NCBI GenBank assembly: GCA_017744355.1
Contig: JAGIBK010000005.1
Span: 260,790-324,789, forward strand
Origin: a bacterium
GTDB taxonomy: Bacteria > Cyanobacteriota > Sericytochromatia > S15B-MN24 > UBA4093
DNA length: 64,000 bases
Direction: 5' to 3'
The stretch's first letter is position 1, and each line of letters begins with the position of its first letter. This document shows, piece by piece, positions 54,658 to 64,000 of the stretch. The notes beneath the pieces were generated by a model. That model saw only the letters and a list, made by a program, of their open reading frames with translations. It made no database searches and had not been told where the DNA came from. A program made the translations under genes and the position numbers.

Positions 54658-57029
54658 GGCGCGACACACGAAGCGGTCCTCCAGAGCCGGGCCAGATGTT
54701 GCTCTTGAGCGCGGGGCCGGGAGCGGGCAAGACGCGGCTGCTTCGCCGCTGGGAGCGCGCGCTCGTCTTGCCCACCCTATACTTGCGCCTCACCCCAGAG
54801 GACCGCGACCCCGCCGTGTTGCGCCATCGCTTGCTCCGTGGCCTGTCTCGGTGCCTGCCGGAATCGTCCTTGGGGCTTTGCGCCGACCTGCCCCTCGGAA
54901 CCACCCTCGCTTCTGCCTTGCCTCCCCTCGCGCTCTTGCTGGACGACTTCCATTTCCTGGCAGGAAGCCAGGCGGAGGGGCAAATGGCCGCCTTTCTCTT
55001 GGGCCTGCCGCAGGGCGCCACCGTCGTGCTGGCTTCTCGCCATCGCTTCGACGATTCGCTCGCGCTCGCGGCCGAAGACGGCGCCCGGGATGACCTGCTC
55101 GATCCCGAGCGGCCTGGGCCGGAGGATCTGGCGACCTTGCCCGACCGCCTACGAGCCTGGGCCTTGGCCCTGGGGCTGGTCGGGGAGGCCTCGTCTTCAC
55201 CCGAGGTGCTGGAGCTCGTGCGGCGCAACGTGGCCGTCGAAACGGCGCCGGATCGCTTCGCGCTTCGGCCTGCCTGGGGGGTGCTTGCGCGCGAGGTGCG
55301 CGTCGCGTTTGCCGATGCGGCCACGTGGGACGCTGTCGTGGCCCTGATCGAGGCTTTCAAGGCCCGTCATCGCTGGACCGATCGCCATGGCGAGATCGCG
55401 TCGCTGGTCGCCCAGGTGCCCGCGATCGTGCGGGCGGAGCGCCCGGAGCTTCTGGCGATCGAGGCGCAGCAGTGGTACGAGGAAGGGGCCCATGCGGAGG
55501 CGCTCGCGTGCTTCGAGCGCGCGCTGGACCTGAACCCCGCCGCCCTGGAACTCGTCGGATGGCGCATCGCGGTGCTTGCGGCCTGCGATCGGGCGACTGC
55601 CTGGGAGGTCTGGCGGGAGCACCGGCACGCGCTGGCGGCTGAGATGCCCACCTGGGCCCTCGCGCTCGAAGCGCAGCTCCAGTGGTACGAGGGGGATTTC
55701 GCGGCCGTCGAAACCACCTTGCGCCGCCTGCTCGAACAGCCGATCGATGGGGATCGCTTCCGGGCGCGTCAGCACCTGATGGCCATGTACTCGCTGTGCG
55801 AGCTGAGCGCGACCCAGTTCGACACCAAGGTGGATCAGGCGTATCTCCAGCGCATGGCGGATCTCTGCGCGCGCTGGAATCTTACCGAGCGGCTTCCTTG
55901 GGTGATCGTGGCGCGCCAAAACGCCGCCCTTCAGGATCTGACGCGTGTTCAGCCACCCGAGTTGCTCGCCGAGGTCTCGAACGCCGTGTGTGCCGGCGCG
56001 CTGCGCACCTGGGTCTTGCGGTACCTGTACAACCTGGCCTGGCAGACCCAGGTGCTGCACGAGCCCGAGCTCGCCCTGAAGCTGTTCCAGCTATGCGAGC
56101 GCCTATCCTTGAACGTCCAGCTGGGGCTCGGTCACATGACCCTGACGATCCGCTGGGCGCAGATTGAGCCGCTGGCGGATCTTGGGCGGATGTGGGAGGC
56201 CAAAGCCCGTCACGACGATTATTTGCGTCATTTTCCGACGGGCCTTCAGCACGACGTGGCGGTGCTACAGTGGGCGAAGATTTGCTTGTCGCGGCGGGAC
56301 CTCGACGGCGCAGGCCGGGCGCTCGCCGCCTGCGCGCCCGCTGCCGCGAAGTTGCGGCGGCGCCATCACCTGTACCAGGAAGCGCTGAGGGCCTACGAAG
56401 GCGACGTCGGCGCCCTGGAGCGAATGGGCGTCTGGCTCGATTCCCCCGAAGGGGAGAGCGTGCGCGGGGGCGAGGTCCGGCTGTTGCAGAGGCTCGGCCT
56501 CGTGAGCGGGCCCGCGCTTTTTCGGCTTTCCGCCTTCGGGGCGCTCCAGCTGGCGCGCGCGGGGCAGAGCACGCAGGGCTGGAGTCGCCGGAAGGCGATG
56601 CACTTGCTTGCCTACCTGGTGCTGCATCCGGCCGGGCTTCCTGCGGCGGAGCTGGCCGAGAAGCTCTTCGAGTCCGATGGGGAGACCACCCCGCTCCAAG
56701 CCCTTCATCAGGCTGCCCATGCCCTGCGTCAGACGCTCAAGGGTATCGGGGGCGATGGCCTCATAGACGCGTCTTCGGGCATCTTCCGGCTCGACTGGGA
56801 GCGGATCGCCTTCTGCGACCTTCGCGAGTTCGATGCGTTCTACCAGCGGGCACGCTCCCTGGAAGGGGACGGCCACCGGGCGATGGCAGCGGTCTTCTAC
56901 CAGGTCGCCCTTTGTTTCGCGCGCGGGGAGCTCTTCGAGAACCTGCCGGAGGACTTCGCCGAGCACCGTGCGGCCTATCGCCGGCGCGTGCGCTACGCGC
57001 AGGCCTTCGCCGAACGGCATGCGCCGTAG
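54654..57029 (+). CDS. STAND-type P-loop NTPase with TPR-like middle and C-terminal wHTH + BTAD, copy 2
   Basis: Overlaps copy 1 by ATGA; GPGAGKT, LLLDDFHF; C-terminal RKAMHLLAYLVL..AELAEKLF..LHQAAHALRQTLKGIG..FRL. Confidence 0.8.
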   Translation: MRRDTRSGPPEPGQMLLLSAGPGAGKTRLLRRWERALVLPTLYLRLTPEDRDPAVLRHRLLRGLSRCLPESSLGLCADLPLGTTLASALPPLALLLDDFHFLAGSQAEGQMAAFLLGLPQGATVVLASRHRFDDSLALAAEDGARDDLLDPERPGPEDLATLPDRLRAWALALGLVGEASSSPEVLELVRRNVAVETAPDRFALRPAWGVLAREVRVAFADAATWDAVVALIEAFKARHRWTDRHGEIASLVAQVPAIVRAERPELLAIEAQQWYEEGAHAEALACFERALDLNPAALELVGWRIAVLAACDRATAWEVWREHRHALAAEMPTWALALEAQLQWYEGDFAAVETTLRRLLEQPIDGDRFRARQHLMAMYSLCELSATQFDTKVDQAYLQRMADLCARWNLTERLPWVIVARQNAALQDLTRVQPPELLAEVSNAVCAGALRTWVLRYLYNLAWQTQVLHEPELALKLFQLCERLSLNVQLGLGHMTLTIRWAQIEPLADLGRMWEAKARHDDYLRHFPTGLQHDVAVLQWAKICLSRRDLDGAGRALAACAPAAAKLRRRHHLYQEALRAYEGDVGALERMGVWLDSPEGESVRGGEVRLLQRLGLVSGPALFRLSAFGALQLARAGQSTQGWSRRKAMHLLAYLVLHPAGLPAAELAEKLFESDGETTPLQALHQAAHALRQTLKGIGGDGLIDASSGIFRLDWERIAFCDLREFDAFYQRARSLEGDGHRAMAAVFYQVALCFARGELFENLPEDFAEHRAAYRRRVRYAQAFAERHAP

Positions 57030-57103
57030 CCCTGGCAATTGCAACCGCTGACAAAGTGCGTCTCGGTGGGGTGAACCATCCCCGAGTCGCTGCGTGACGA
57101 GGT

Positions 57104-57132
57104 TTGACGGCTTCGCGCTCAGCTGTTATCCT
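57104..57132 (+). promoter_or_regulatory. sigma70-like promoter TTGACG-N17-TATCCT driving the SAM riboswitch/metH
   Basis: TTGACG at 57104-57109, TATCCT at 57127-57132, about 25 nt upstream of the riboswitch. Confidence 0.55.
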
Positions 57133-57159
57133 GCGGTGAGATGCCTGAAAACTGAATAT

Positions 57160-57307
57160 TTCACTTATCAAGAGAAGGCGGAGGGACTGGCCCGATGATG
57201 CCCGGCAACCCTTGGGAGACCAAGAAGGTGCCAAATCCTGCAGGGGAAACCCTGGGAGATAAGACGACGTCGACCCTCTCTTGATGCCCAGGAGCGGGTC
57301 TTTTTTT
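57160..57307 (+). promoter_or_regulatory. SAM-I (S-box) riboswitch with intrinsic terminator
   Basis: CUUAUCAAGAGAAGGCGGAGGGACUGGCCCGAUGAUGCCCGGCAACC...GGUGCCAAAUCCUGCAGG...GAGAUAAGA matches the S-box aptamer consensus (P1-P4). Followed by GACCC..GGGUC and U7. Confidence 0.85.
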
Positions 57308-57325
57308 GTGCGAACGGGGAGTTTC

Positions 57326-60300
57326 ATGAGCCGATATCTCGAAGCCTTGCAGCGCCGCATCCTCGTCTACGACGGGGCCATGGGGACCTCTCTCCAGAAC
57401 TTCAACCTCACGGCCGACGACTACGGCGGCAAAGAGGGCTGCAACGAGTACCTGGTGCTGGTGAAGCCCGAGGTGGTCGAGGCGGTGCACGACAGCTTCA
57501 TGGCGGTCGGCTGCGACGTGCTCGAGACCGATACCTTCGGCGGCAACTGGCTCAAGCTCGAGGAGTACGGCCTCGGCGATCGCACCTACGAGCAGAACTA
57601 CCAGGCGGCGCAATTGGCGCGTCGGGTGGCGGACCGTTACAGCACCCCCGAGCATCCTCGCTTCGTCGCAGGCTCGATCGGCCCTACCGGCATGCTGCCC
57701 AGCAGCGACGATCCGGCGCTTGGCAACATCACCTTCGAGCAGCTGGCGGCCATCTTCGAGGAGCAGGCCCAGCCCCTGGTCGAGGGCGGCTGCGACGTGC
57801 TCTTGATCGAGACCTCCCAGGACATCCTGGAGGTGAAGGCCGCGATCGCGGGCATCGAGCGCTACTTCAAGAAATCCGGCAAGCGCGTCGCGCTCCAGGT
57901 CCAGGTCACTCTCGACACCAGCGGCCGTATGCTGCTCGGCACCGACATCGCGGCTGCGATCGCGATCCTCGAGGCCCTGCCCATCGACGTGATCGGCCTC
58001 AACTGCTCCACCGGCCCCGAGCACATGCGCGGGCCCATCGCCATCTTCGCCGAGCGCGCCACCAAGCCCGTCTCGATCATCCCCAACGCGGGCCTGCCCC
58101 TCAACGTGGACGGCAAGGCCGTCTATCCCCTCGAACCCGCCCCCATGGCCGAGGCCCTCAAGACCTTCGTCACCGCGTACGGCGTCAACGTGGTGGGCGG
58201 CTGCTGCGGCACCACCCCCGCGCACCTCAAGGCCATCGTCGAGGCGGTTTCGGGCCTCGAACCCAAGCCCAAGAACCCGGACCGCACCCCGCACGTGGCG
58301 AGCGCCATCCGTGCGACCAGCCTTCACCAGTTGCCCAAGCCCCTCTTGGTCGGTGAGCGGGTCAACGCCCAGGGCAGCCGCAAGCTCAAGCAGTTCCTGT
58401 TGAACGACGACTACGACGGCGTGCTCGAAGTCGCCCGCGAGCAGGTGGAGGGCGGCGCGCACGTCCTCGACGTATGCGTGGCCCTGACCGAGCGCGGCGA
58501 CGAGGCCGAGCAGATGCGCCGCGTCGTCAAGAAGCTCGCCATGGGCATCGAGGCCCCTCTGATGATCGACTCGACCGAGCCTGCGGTCATCGTCGAGGCG
58601 CTCAGGACCAACCCGGGCCGCGCCATCGTCAACTCGGTCCACCTCGAGAACGGTCGGACGCGCATCGACGCCCTGCTGCCCCACGTCCTGGAGCACGGGG
58701 CCGCGGTGGTGGCGCTGACCATCGACGAGGTCGGCATGGCCAAGAGCGCCGAGCGCAAGCTGGAGGTCGCCAAGCGCATCCATTCCATCGTGTGCGGCGA
58801 GTACGGCTTGCCGAACGAGGCCCTCATCTTCGACGACCTGACCTTCACCCTCGCCACCGGCGACGAGGAGTTCAGGGACTCGGCCATGGCGACCATCGAC
58901 GGCATCCGCCTCATCAAGGAGGCCATGCCGGGGGTGCTGACGGTGCTCGGCGTGAGCAACGTCAGCTTCGGCCTCGCGCCTCACGCCCGTGGGGTGCTCA
59001 ACTCGGTCTTCCTGCACCACTGCGTGCAGGCGGGGCTGGATCTGGCCATCGTCAACCCGGCCCACATCACGCCTCTTGCCGAGATTCCCGCCGAGCAGCG
59101 CGAGCTGACCGAGGAGCTGATCTTCAACCGCCAGCCGGACGCCCTGCAGCGCTTCATCGAGTACTTCGAGGCCAACAAGGCGGCTGCCTCGGGCGGCGCC
59201 CAGGCCGAGGACCCCACCGCGGGCATGACCTGCGAAGAGAAGCTCCACTACCAGATCCTCCACCGCAAGAAGGACGGCATCGAGGTGCTCCTGGACGAGG
59301 CCATGCAGGCAAGGAGCCCCGTCGAGGTGCTCAACACGGTCCTGTTGCCCGCCATGAAGGACGTGGGCGACAAGTTCGGCAAGGGCGAGCTGATCCTGCC
59401 CTTCGTGCTGCAGTCCGCCGAGGTCATGAAGAAGGCGGTCGCCCACCTGGAGCAGTTCCTGGAGAAGAAGGAAGGCTACACCAAGGGCAAGGTCGTGCTC
59501 GCCACGGTCTACGGCGACGTCCACGATATCGGTAAGAACCTCGCCAACACCATCCTGACCAACAACGGCTACACGGTCTACGACCTGGGCAAGCAGGTGC
59601 CCATCAACACCATCATCGACAAGGCGATCGAGGTGGGGGCGGACGCCATCGGCCTTTCGGCCCTCTTGGTCTCGACCTCCAAGCAGATGCCCCTGTGCGT
59701 CAACGAGCTGCACAAGCGGGGGCTCAACTTCCCCGTCATGGTGGGCGGGGCGGCCATCAACCGCAGCTTCGGCCGTCGAATCGCGATCGCCGACGACGGC
59801 CAGTTCTACGCGGCGGGCACCTTCTACGCCAACGACGTCTTCGAGGGCCTCTCCATCGTGGACGCCCTGACCGATCCCGAGCGCCGCGACGCCTTCGTTT
59901 CCAAGATGAAGGAGGAGGCCCTCGCTGCTGCCGCCAAGCCCAAGGCGTCAGCCTCAACGGTGGTCGCCCCTGCCGTTCGCTCGGCGGTGCGCACCGACGT
60001 GGCGATCCCCACGGCCCCCTTCTGGGGCCACAAGGTGATCGAGGGCATCCCGCTCGATCGGGTCTACGAGTGCCTGGATCTCAAGAGCCTCTTCCGCCTC
60101 TCGTGGGGCGGCCGCTCCACCAACGGTGAGGAGTGGGTGCGCCTCTTGCGCGAGGAGTTCCACCCGCGCTTGGAGGCCCTCAAGCTGCGCGCCAAGAAGG
60201 AAGGCTTCCTCACCCCCAAGGTGGTCTACGGCTACTACCCCTGCCAGGCGGATGGGGACACCCTCCTCATCTACGACTCGCCCCAAGGTAAGACGGTCCG

Positions 60301-60814
60301 CACGACCTTCTCCTTCCCGCGCCAGCCGGACGGCGAGTACCTGTGCCTCGCCGACTACTTTGCCCCGGTCAGCTCGGGCCGGATGGATGTGGTGGCCTTC
60401 CAGGCCGTGACCATGGGGCCCGGCTCGACCGAGCTGAACGAGGCCTTGCAGGCCAAGGGCGATTACTCGGAGGGCTATTACCTGCACGGCCTCTCGGTGG
60501 AGGCCGCCGAGGCCCTCGCCGAGGTCGCGCACCGCCACATCCGCAAGGAATGGGCCCTCACCGAGGCCCAGGGCAAGCGCTACAGCTGGGGCTACCCCGC
60601 CATCCCCGACCTGGAGGACCACGGCAAGCTCTTCGGCCTGATGCCCATCGCCGAGACCATCGGCATGACGCTGACCGAGTCCTTCCAGCTGGTGCCCGAG
60701 CAGTCGACCGTCGCGGTGGTGCTGCACCACCCGGAGGCCAAGTACTACGCCGTTCGGCCTCAGGCGGGCGAGCGTGTCAGCCCGCACCCGCGCCTCGTCA
60801 AGGAAGGGGTCTAG
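57326..60814 (+). CDS. metH: cobalamin-dependent methionine synthase
   Basis: Hcy-binding, pterin-binding, B12-binding (DVHDIGKN) and activation domains in order; 1162 aa. Confidence 0.95.
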   Translation: MSRYLEALQRRILVYDGAMGTSLQNFNLTADDYGGKEGCNEYLVLVKPEVVEAVHDSFMAVGCDVLETDTFGGNWLKLEEYGLGDRTYEQNYQAAQLARRVADRYSTPEHPRFVAGSIGPTGMLPSSDDPALGNITFEQLAAIFEEQAQPLVEGGCDVLLIETSQDILEVKAAIAGIERYFKKSGKRVALQVQVTLDTSGRMLLGTDIAAAIAILEALPIDVIGLNCSTGPEHMRGPIAIFAERATKPVSIIPNAGLPLNVDGKAVYPLEPAPMAEALKTFVTAYGVNVVGGCCGTTPAHLKAIVEAVSGLEPKPKNPDRTPHVASAIRATSLHQLPKPLLVGERVNAQGSRKLKQFLLNDDYDGVLEVAREQVEGGAHVLDVCVALTERGDEAEQMRRVVKKLAMGIEAPLMIDSTEPAVIVEALRTNPGRAIVNSVHLENGRTRIDALLPHVLEHGAAVVALTIDEVGMAKSAERKLEVAKRIHSIVCGEYGLPNEALIFDDLTFTLATGDEEFRDSAMATIDGIRLIKEAMPGVLTVLGVSNVSFGLAPHARGVLNSVFLHHCVQAGLDLAIVNPAHITPLAEIPAEQRELTEELIFNRQPDALQRFIEYFEANKAAASGGAQAEDPTAGMTCEEKLHYQILHRKKDGIEVLLDEAMQARSPVEVLNTVLLPAMKDVGDKFGKGELILPFVLQSAEVMKKAVAHLEQFLEKKEGYTKGKVVLATVYGDVHDIGKNLANTILTNNGYTVYDLGKQVPINTIIDKAIEVGADAIGLSALLVSTSKQMPLCVNELHKRGLNFPVMVGGAAINRSFGRRIAIADDGQFYAAGTFYANDVFEGLSIVDALTDPERRDAFVSKMKEEALAAAAKPKASASTVVAPAVRSAVRTDVAIPTAPFWGHKVIEGIPLDRVYECLDLKSLFRLSWGGRSTNGEEWVRLLREEFHPRLEALKLRAKKEGFLTPKVVYGYYPCQADGDTLLIYDSPQGKTVRTTFSFPRQPDGEYLCLADYFAPVSSGRMDVVAFQAVTMGPGSTELNEALQAKGDYSEGYYLHGLSVEAAEALAEVAHRHIRKEWALTEAQGKRYSWGYPAIPDLEDHGKLFGLMPIAETIGMTLTESFQLVPEQSTVAVVLHHPEAKYYAVRPQAGERVSPHPRLVKEGV

Positions 60815-60818
60815 GGCC

Positions 60819-62648
60819 ATGCGGGACTTCCGCGCGCTGCTTGCCGAGGACCGGGTCGTCGTCTTCGACGGGGCCATGGGCACGATGCTCTATTCCAAGG
60901 GCGTCTTCATCAACCGCTGCTATGACGAGCTGAACCTCAAGGAACCGGATCTTGTCCGCGAGGTCCACGCCGCCTATATCCGGGCCGGGGCCGAGGTGCT
61001 CGAGACCAACACGTTCGGTGCTACCCGCCCGCACCTGGAGGGCTACGGCCTAGGCGAGCAGGTGAAAGTCATCAACCGGCGCGCCGCCGAGATCGCCCGC
61101 GAGGCGGCGGGCGAGGAGCGGTACGTGGCGGGCGCCGTCGGGCCCCTGGGGATCCGCCTGGAGCCCTACGGGCCGACCTCCGAGGCCGAGGCCGAGGCGT
61201 TCTTCGTCGAGGCCATCGAGGGCCTCCTCGAAGGCGGGGTGGACTGTTTCGTGCTGGAGACCTTCTCGGACCTGCGCGAGATCCAGCAGGCCCTCAAGGC
61301 GGTGCGCAGCCGCACGGATTTGCCCGTCTTCGCCCAAATGACCATCCAGGATGACGGTAAGACCAGCTACGGCACGGACCCCGAGGATGCGGCCCGCATG
61401 CTCGATCGCTGGGGCGCGGACGTGATCGGCCTCAACTGCTCGGTGGGGCCCGCCATCATCCTGGAGGCCATCGAGAAGGTGGCCCAGGTGACCGACAAGA
61501 AGCTCTCGGCCCTGCCCAACGCCGGCATGCCCCGCGAGATCCACGGTCGCAAGATGTACATGTCGAGCCCCGACTACATGGCCAAGTACACCAAGCGCCT
61601 CATCCAGGCGGGGGTCAAGTTCGTCGGCGGCTGCTGCGGGACGACCCCCGACCACATCCGCCAGATCGCGGACGCTGCCCGCGCCCTCTCGCCAAGGCGC
61701 CAGGCCCCGGCCATCACCGTGCAGGAGCGTGGGACCCGGCCTTTGGTCGAGCCGGTGCCTCTTGCTGAGCGATCGCGTTTTGGGGCCAAGCTCGCGGCCG
61801 GCACGTTCGTCACCTCGGTCGAGATCGTCCCACCCAAGGGCTGCGATCCCAAGGTCATGCTCGAAGGGGTGCGCCGCATCCGGGATGCGGGGGTGGATGC
61901 CATCAACGTGCCGGACGGCCCGCGCGCCCAGAGCCGGATGGGGGCCATGGCGGCCTCTCTGCTCATCGAGCGCGAGGGGATCGAGGCGGTGGTCCATTAC
62001 ACCTGCCGCGATCGCAACCTGCTCGGCATGCAGAGCGACCTGTTGGGGGCGGCGGCCCTCGGCATCCGCAACCTGCTGCTGGTCACGGGCGATCCGCCCA
62101 AGATGGGGCCCTATCCCCAGGCGACGGCGGTCTTCGACATCGACTCGATCGGCCTCTCCAACATGGTCCACCGCCTCAACCACGGCCTGGACCTGGGCGG
62201 CAACCCCATCGGGCAGCCCACGGCTTTCTGCTTCGGCGTCGGCGTCAACCCGGCCGCGCTCGACCTTGCGCACGAGCTCGATCGCTTCGCCTGGAAGGTC
62301 GAGGCGGGGGCTCAGTATGCCATCACCCAGCCGGTCTTCGACGCAGAGCAGCTCAAGCGCTTTCTGGCGCAGGTCGCGCACTTCGACATCCCCATCATCG
62401 CGGGGATCTGGCCCTTGGCGAGCTATCGCAACGCCGAGTTCATGAGCAACGAGGTGCCGGGGGTGGTGATCCCGCCGTCGGTTCTTGCCCGCATGCAGGA
62501 GGCCGAGGCCAAGGGACGGGCGGCCGAAGAGGGCGTGGCGATCGCCCGCGAGATGCTCGACGAGGTCCGAGGCCTGGTGCAGGGCGTCCAGGTCAGCGCG
62601 CCCCTCGGCAAGATCCCCCTGGCCTTGGCGGTGTTCGGGAACGCTTAA
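60819..62648 (+). CDS. bifunctional homocysteine S-methyltransferase / 5,10-methylenetetrahydrofolate reductase (YitJ-like)
   Basis: N-terminal Hcy-binding domain (VVFDGAMGTMLY..GLNCSVGP..GGCCGTTP) fused to a C-terminal MTHFR domain; 5 nt after the metH stop. Confidence 0.9.
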   Translation: MRDFRALLAEDRVVVFDGAMGTMLYSKGVFINRCYDELNLKEPDLVREVHAAYIRAGAEVLETNTFGATRPHLEGYGLGEQVKVINRRAAEIAREAAGEERYVAGAVGPLGIRLEPYGPTSEAEAEAFFVEAIEGLLEGGVDCFVLETFSDLREIQQALKAVRSRTDLPVFAQMTIQDDGKTSYGTDPEDAARMLDRWGADVIGLNCSVGPAIILEAIEKVAQVTDKKLSALPNAGMPREIHGRKMYMSSPDYMAKYTKRLIQAGVKFVGGCCGTTPDHIRQIADAARALSPRRQAPAITVQERGTRPLVEPVPLAERSRFGAKLAAGTFVTSVEIVPPKGCDPKVMLEGVRRIRDAGVDAINVPDGPRAQSRMGAMAASLLIEREGIEAVVHYTCRDRNLLGMQSDLLGAAALGIRNLLLVTGDPPKMGPYPQATAVFDIDSIGLSNMVHRLNHGLDLGGNPIGQPTAFCFGVGVNPAALDLAHELDRFAWKVEAGAQYAITQPVFDAEQLKRFLAQVAHFDIPIIAGIWPLASYRNAEFMSNEVPGVVIPPSVLARMQEAEAKGRAAEEGVAIAREMLDEVRGLVQGVQVSAPLGKIPLALAVFGNA

Positions 62649-63998
62649 CTACAGGTAGTAGGCGACGAGGTCCCAGAGCTTGGCGAAGGGATTCTCGTAC
62701 CAGCGCGAGGACGTGATCTCGTAGGCCAGGCTCCCCTGCGCCCAGTCCCGCTCGAAGAGGCGGGTCTTTAGCTCGAGCACCAGCCCCGGGTCGGTGATGG
62801 CGACGTCCAGTTCTTGGTTGTCGTTGAGCGCGCGGGTGTCCCCGTTGACGGAGCCGATGAAGGCGATCCGGTCGTCCACCGCGAAGTACTTGGTGTGGAC
62901 GTAGGAGGCCACGGTTTCGCCCTTGAAGAGGCGCGCCTGCCCGCCTGCCTTGAGGATGGCGTTCAGCGACTGGTAGTTGAGGTGCTTGAAGGCCTTGTCC
63001 GAATTGCTGGGCACGATGGCCCGGACGAGGACTCCCCGCTTGGCGGCGGCCAGGAGGCGATCGCACAGGTCCTGGTCCCAGAGGTATTGCTGCTCGACCA
63101 GGATCTCGCGCTGGGCCCCGTCGATGGCCTCGAAGATGCCGTCTCTGGCCTCGAAGCGCCCCTCGGGAGGGCTCGTCACCAGGGTCTGCGTCCGGACGCT
63201 CCCGTACTGCTTGCCCGCCTCGAGCGCGGGGTAAGACAGCGCGCTCCCCTTGGCCATCTTCCAGTCGCGGGCGAACTCCTCGTGGCGCTGCTGGGCCTGG
63301 GCGCCGCGGAAGTCGATCAGGATGTCGTGGGTGGTGGTGTCGAAGGGGGCATTCAGGTTGACGCCGCCGGTCAGGCCGCGATCGCCGTCTGCCAGGTAGA
63401 GCTTGCGGTGGGTGATGTTGATGCCGCGCTTCTGGTTGTCCTTGACGATGGTGCGGGGCGACCACATCTTGAACTCGATGCCGGCGGCCGTCATCTGTTT
63501 GCCGAGCTTGGCGCCGCCCGAAAACTGGCTGCCTGCGAAGTCGCAGAGGAACTTGACCGTGACGCCGCGCTTGGCCGCATCGATCAAGAGCGGCGTGATC
63601 GCCCGGCCGTAGCTGTCGTCCGCGATGGTGAAGACTTCGATGTAGAGGGTCTTCTGGGCGCTCTTGATGAGGGCCTTGAGAGCGGGCAGGGTCTCGGCGG
63701 GATTCACGTGGAGCTGGGCCGAGCTGTTGGTTTGCCATGCAGGGGCAGGAGCAACCGAGCGCACGGGGATCGCGAAGGCCTCGATTGGCTCGCCGGTGTC
63801 TGCGATGCGCGTGTCGACTCCGAACTCCTCGGCCGGGGTGGCGATCGGCAGCTGGAGCTCCGTTGAGGGGGCGTGCGAGAGGGAAACGTCCGAGAATGGG
63901 ACGCTCGTCGGCGGGATGGTCCGCAAACTGCACCCTGCCAGGCTCAGGGCGGTGATGGCGATCGCGATCGGGCTCGTCCAGCGCATCGACTTCTCCAT
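62649..63998 (-). CDS. phospholipase D / cardiolipin synthase-like lipoprotein
   Basis: Lipobox LAGC; two HKD motifs (HRKLYLADGD and HTKYFAVDD). Confidence 0.8.
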   Translation of the reverse strand: MEKSMRWTSPIAIAITALSLAGCSLRTIPPTSVPFSDVSLSHAPSTELQLPIATPAEEFGVDTRIADTGEPIEAFAIPVRSVAPAPAWQTNSSAQLHVNPAETLPALKALIKSAQKTLYIEVFTIADDSYGRAITPLLIDAAKRGVTVKFLCDFAGSQFSGGAKLGKQMTAAGIEFKMWSPRTIVKDNQKRGINITHRKLYLADGDRGLTGGVNLNAPFDTTTHDILIDFRGAQAQQRHEEFARDWKMAKGSALSYPALEAGKQYGSVRTQTLVTSPPEGRFEARDGIFEAIDGAQREILVEQQYLWDQDLCDRLLAAAKRGVLVRAIVPSNSDKAFKHLNYQSLNAILKAGGQARLFKGETVASYVHTKYFAVDDRIAFIGSVNGDTRALNDNQELDVAITDPGLVLELKTRLFERDWAQGSLAYEITSSRWYENPFAKLWDLVAYYL

Positions 63999-64000
63999 CG

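Overview
This 64-kb window is chromosomal DNA from a high-GC bacterium (about 68% GC by eye). It appears to have a diderm-type envelope: lipobox signal peptides, an FtsX-type ABC exporter pair, an outer-membrane beta-barrel and a periplasmic cytochrome c. Gene calls rest on the supplied six-frame ORF track plus motifs I could read directly. Nothing was searched against a database.

Housekeeping content is rpoD-dnaG-dgt, leuS, and metH behind a clear SAM-I riboswitch followed by a bifunctional homocysteine-methyltransferase/MTHFR (YitJ-like) gene. There is also a group of peptidoglycan-remodelling genes: LysM-L,D-transpeptidase with a DUF882/M15 MepK-like peptidase, and lytic transglycosylase overlapping an M23 peptidase. 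Regulators include MerR, an Hpt-REC-GGDEF protein and an orphan histidine kinase. Also present are an Hsp20, a DAACS symporter, an EamA transporter and a minimal FtsH paralog.

Two accessory regions stand out. At 25.4-39.5 kb a five-gene operon of lipoproteins is tandemly duplicated, with matching gene order, low paralog identity, and a recurring N-terminal 'WP..QAIP' beta-rich domain not assignable to a known family. At 47.7-57.0 kb a giant IPT x4 + NHL-repeat lipoprotein and two small lipoproteins, one carrying the same N-domain, sit next to two tandem STAND-type P-loop NTPases with C-terminal OmpR-type wHTH + BTAD domains (an inverted SARP architecture).

Other notable loci are an 866-aa glycine-zipper protein with a C-terminal HExxHxxQ zincin-like motif, and a MerR / carotenoid-oxygenase divergent pair sharing a 20-bp inverted-repeat operator. 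Perfect GC-rich hairpins without U-tracts occur at the convergent gene junctions. No tRNA, rRNA, CRISPR, transposase or integrase was recognised.
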